Program-made: the position numbers and the translations under genes | Assembly: GCA_965203515.1 (NCBI GenBank) | Contig: OZ241907.1 | Location: forward strand, 3,872,001-3,936,000 | Length of the DNA stretch: 64,000 bases | Direction: 5' to 3' | Source of the DNA: Spirochaetia bacterium | GTDB lineage: Bacteria; Spirochaetota; Spirochaetia; SZUA-6; Bin103 | The notes under the pieces: model-generated | What the model saw: the letters and a program-made list of their open reading frames with translations, nothing else | Database searches by the model: none | Told to the model about the DNA's origin: nothing | Shown here: piece by piece, positions 63,574-64,000 of the stretch | How the letters are laid out: every line of letters starts with the position of its first letter | Position numbering within the stretch: position 1 is the first letter of the stretch

Positions 63574-64000
63574 TCATCGCTGCTGGCTGGGCGCGCTGAG
63601 CATGCCGCGCGCCGCCGCCGCTTCCTGTTCGCGCAACGCGCCGCGCACGTTGAGCGCGCGGGTGAGCAGCAGGCCGATCAACTCGTGGTGGTCGGCGCCG
63701 CACGGGAACCGCACCTCGGTCCCGTCGACGTGGAGTGCCGCCAGCTTGCCCAGGCCGGCGGCGACGGCCGCCACCCGCCGCCGCTCGCGCGCGCCGTCCC
63801 GGTCGCCCCGGCAACGGTAGCGGCCGCCGCCGAGCGCTTCGACGTCGATGGTCAGATCGTTCTTCTTGTCGCGCACCGACAGCGGCCGGGGCTCCGGCTC
63901 GGCGCCGGGCGGAACCTTGCAGGATTCCGCGAACAGGCGCTTGAGCGCCGCTTCGTGCGCGTCTCCGCAGGCAAAGCGGACCGCCAGGGGATCGCCGCCG
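63574..64000 (-). CDS. Hypothetical protein, 5'-truncated by the window end
   Basis: Frame open from the window edge; two RF[AP]CG..H motifs; stop 14 nt before the MtaA-like gene. Confidence 0.65.
   Translation of the reverse strand, partial: GGDPLAVRFACGDAHEAALKRLFAESCKVPPGAEPEPRPLSVRDKKNDLTIDVEALGGGRYRCRGDRDGARERRRVAAVAAGLGKLAALHVDGTEVRFPCGADHHELIGLLLTRALNVRGALREQEAAAARGMLSAPSQQR

Overview
A 64-kb, very GC-rich bacterial chromosomal segment, densely coding, with about 56 genes and no rRNA, tRNA, CRISPR array, integrase or transposase that I could recognise. Housekeeping and energy loci: osmC, aspS, ribA, a moeA-moaACDE-msrPQ operon, clpB, a complete nqrABCDEF operon followed by a polyprenyl synthase, and a five-gene ABC exporter/LolA-like/beta-barrel cluster. 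DNA-transaction loci: an AAA-DUF4143 ATPase coupled to an orphan methyltransferase, addB/addA, a BglII/BstYI-like type II R-M pair, an orphan DUF1156 methyltransferase, and a Ku / ligase-only LigD / MerR-HTH-TPR cluster. Also present are three PhyH-family dioxygenases, a VKOR-DsbA fusion, nfeD with two SPFH genes, uxaA/hpcH-like catabolic genes and, at the right end, a corrinoid-dependent methyltransferase cluster. The most unusual observations are: (i) many short 12-20 nt tandem duplications at gene ends and linkers, with periods that are multiples of 3 inside CDSs and mostly not at gene junctions; (ii) a candidate third NHEJ component (MerR-HTH + clamp-like motif + TPR); (iii) an addB whose Walker A lies upstream of any canonical start, implying a leaderless ATC start behind a palindromic bidirectional -10 box; (iv) a perfect palindrome over the nqr -35 box plus a structured nqrA leader. 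All product calls come from motif recognition by eye, not database searches.
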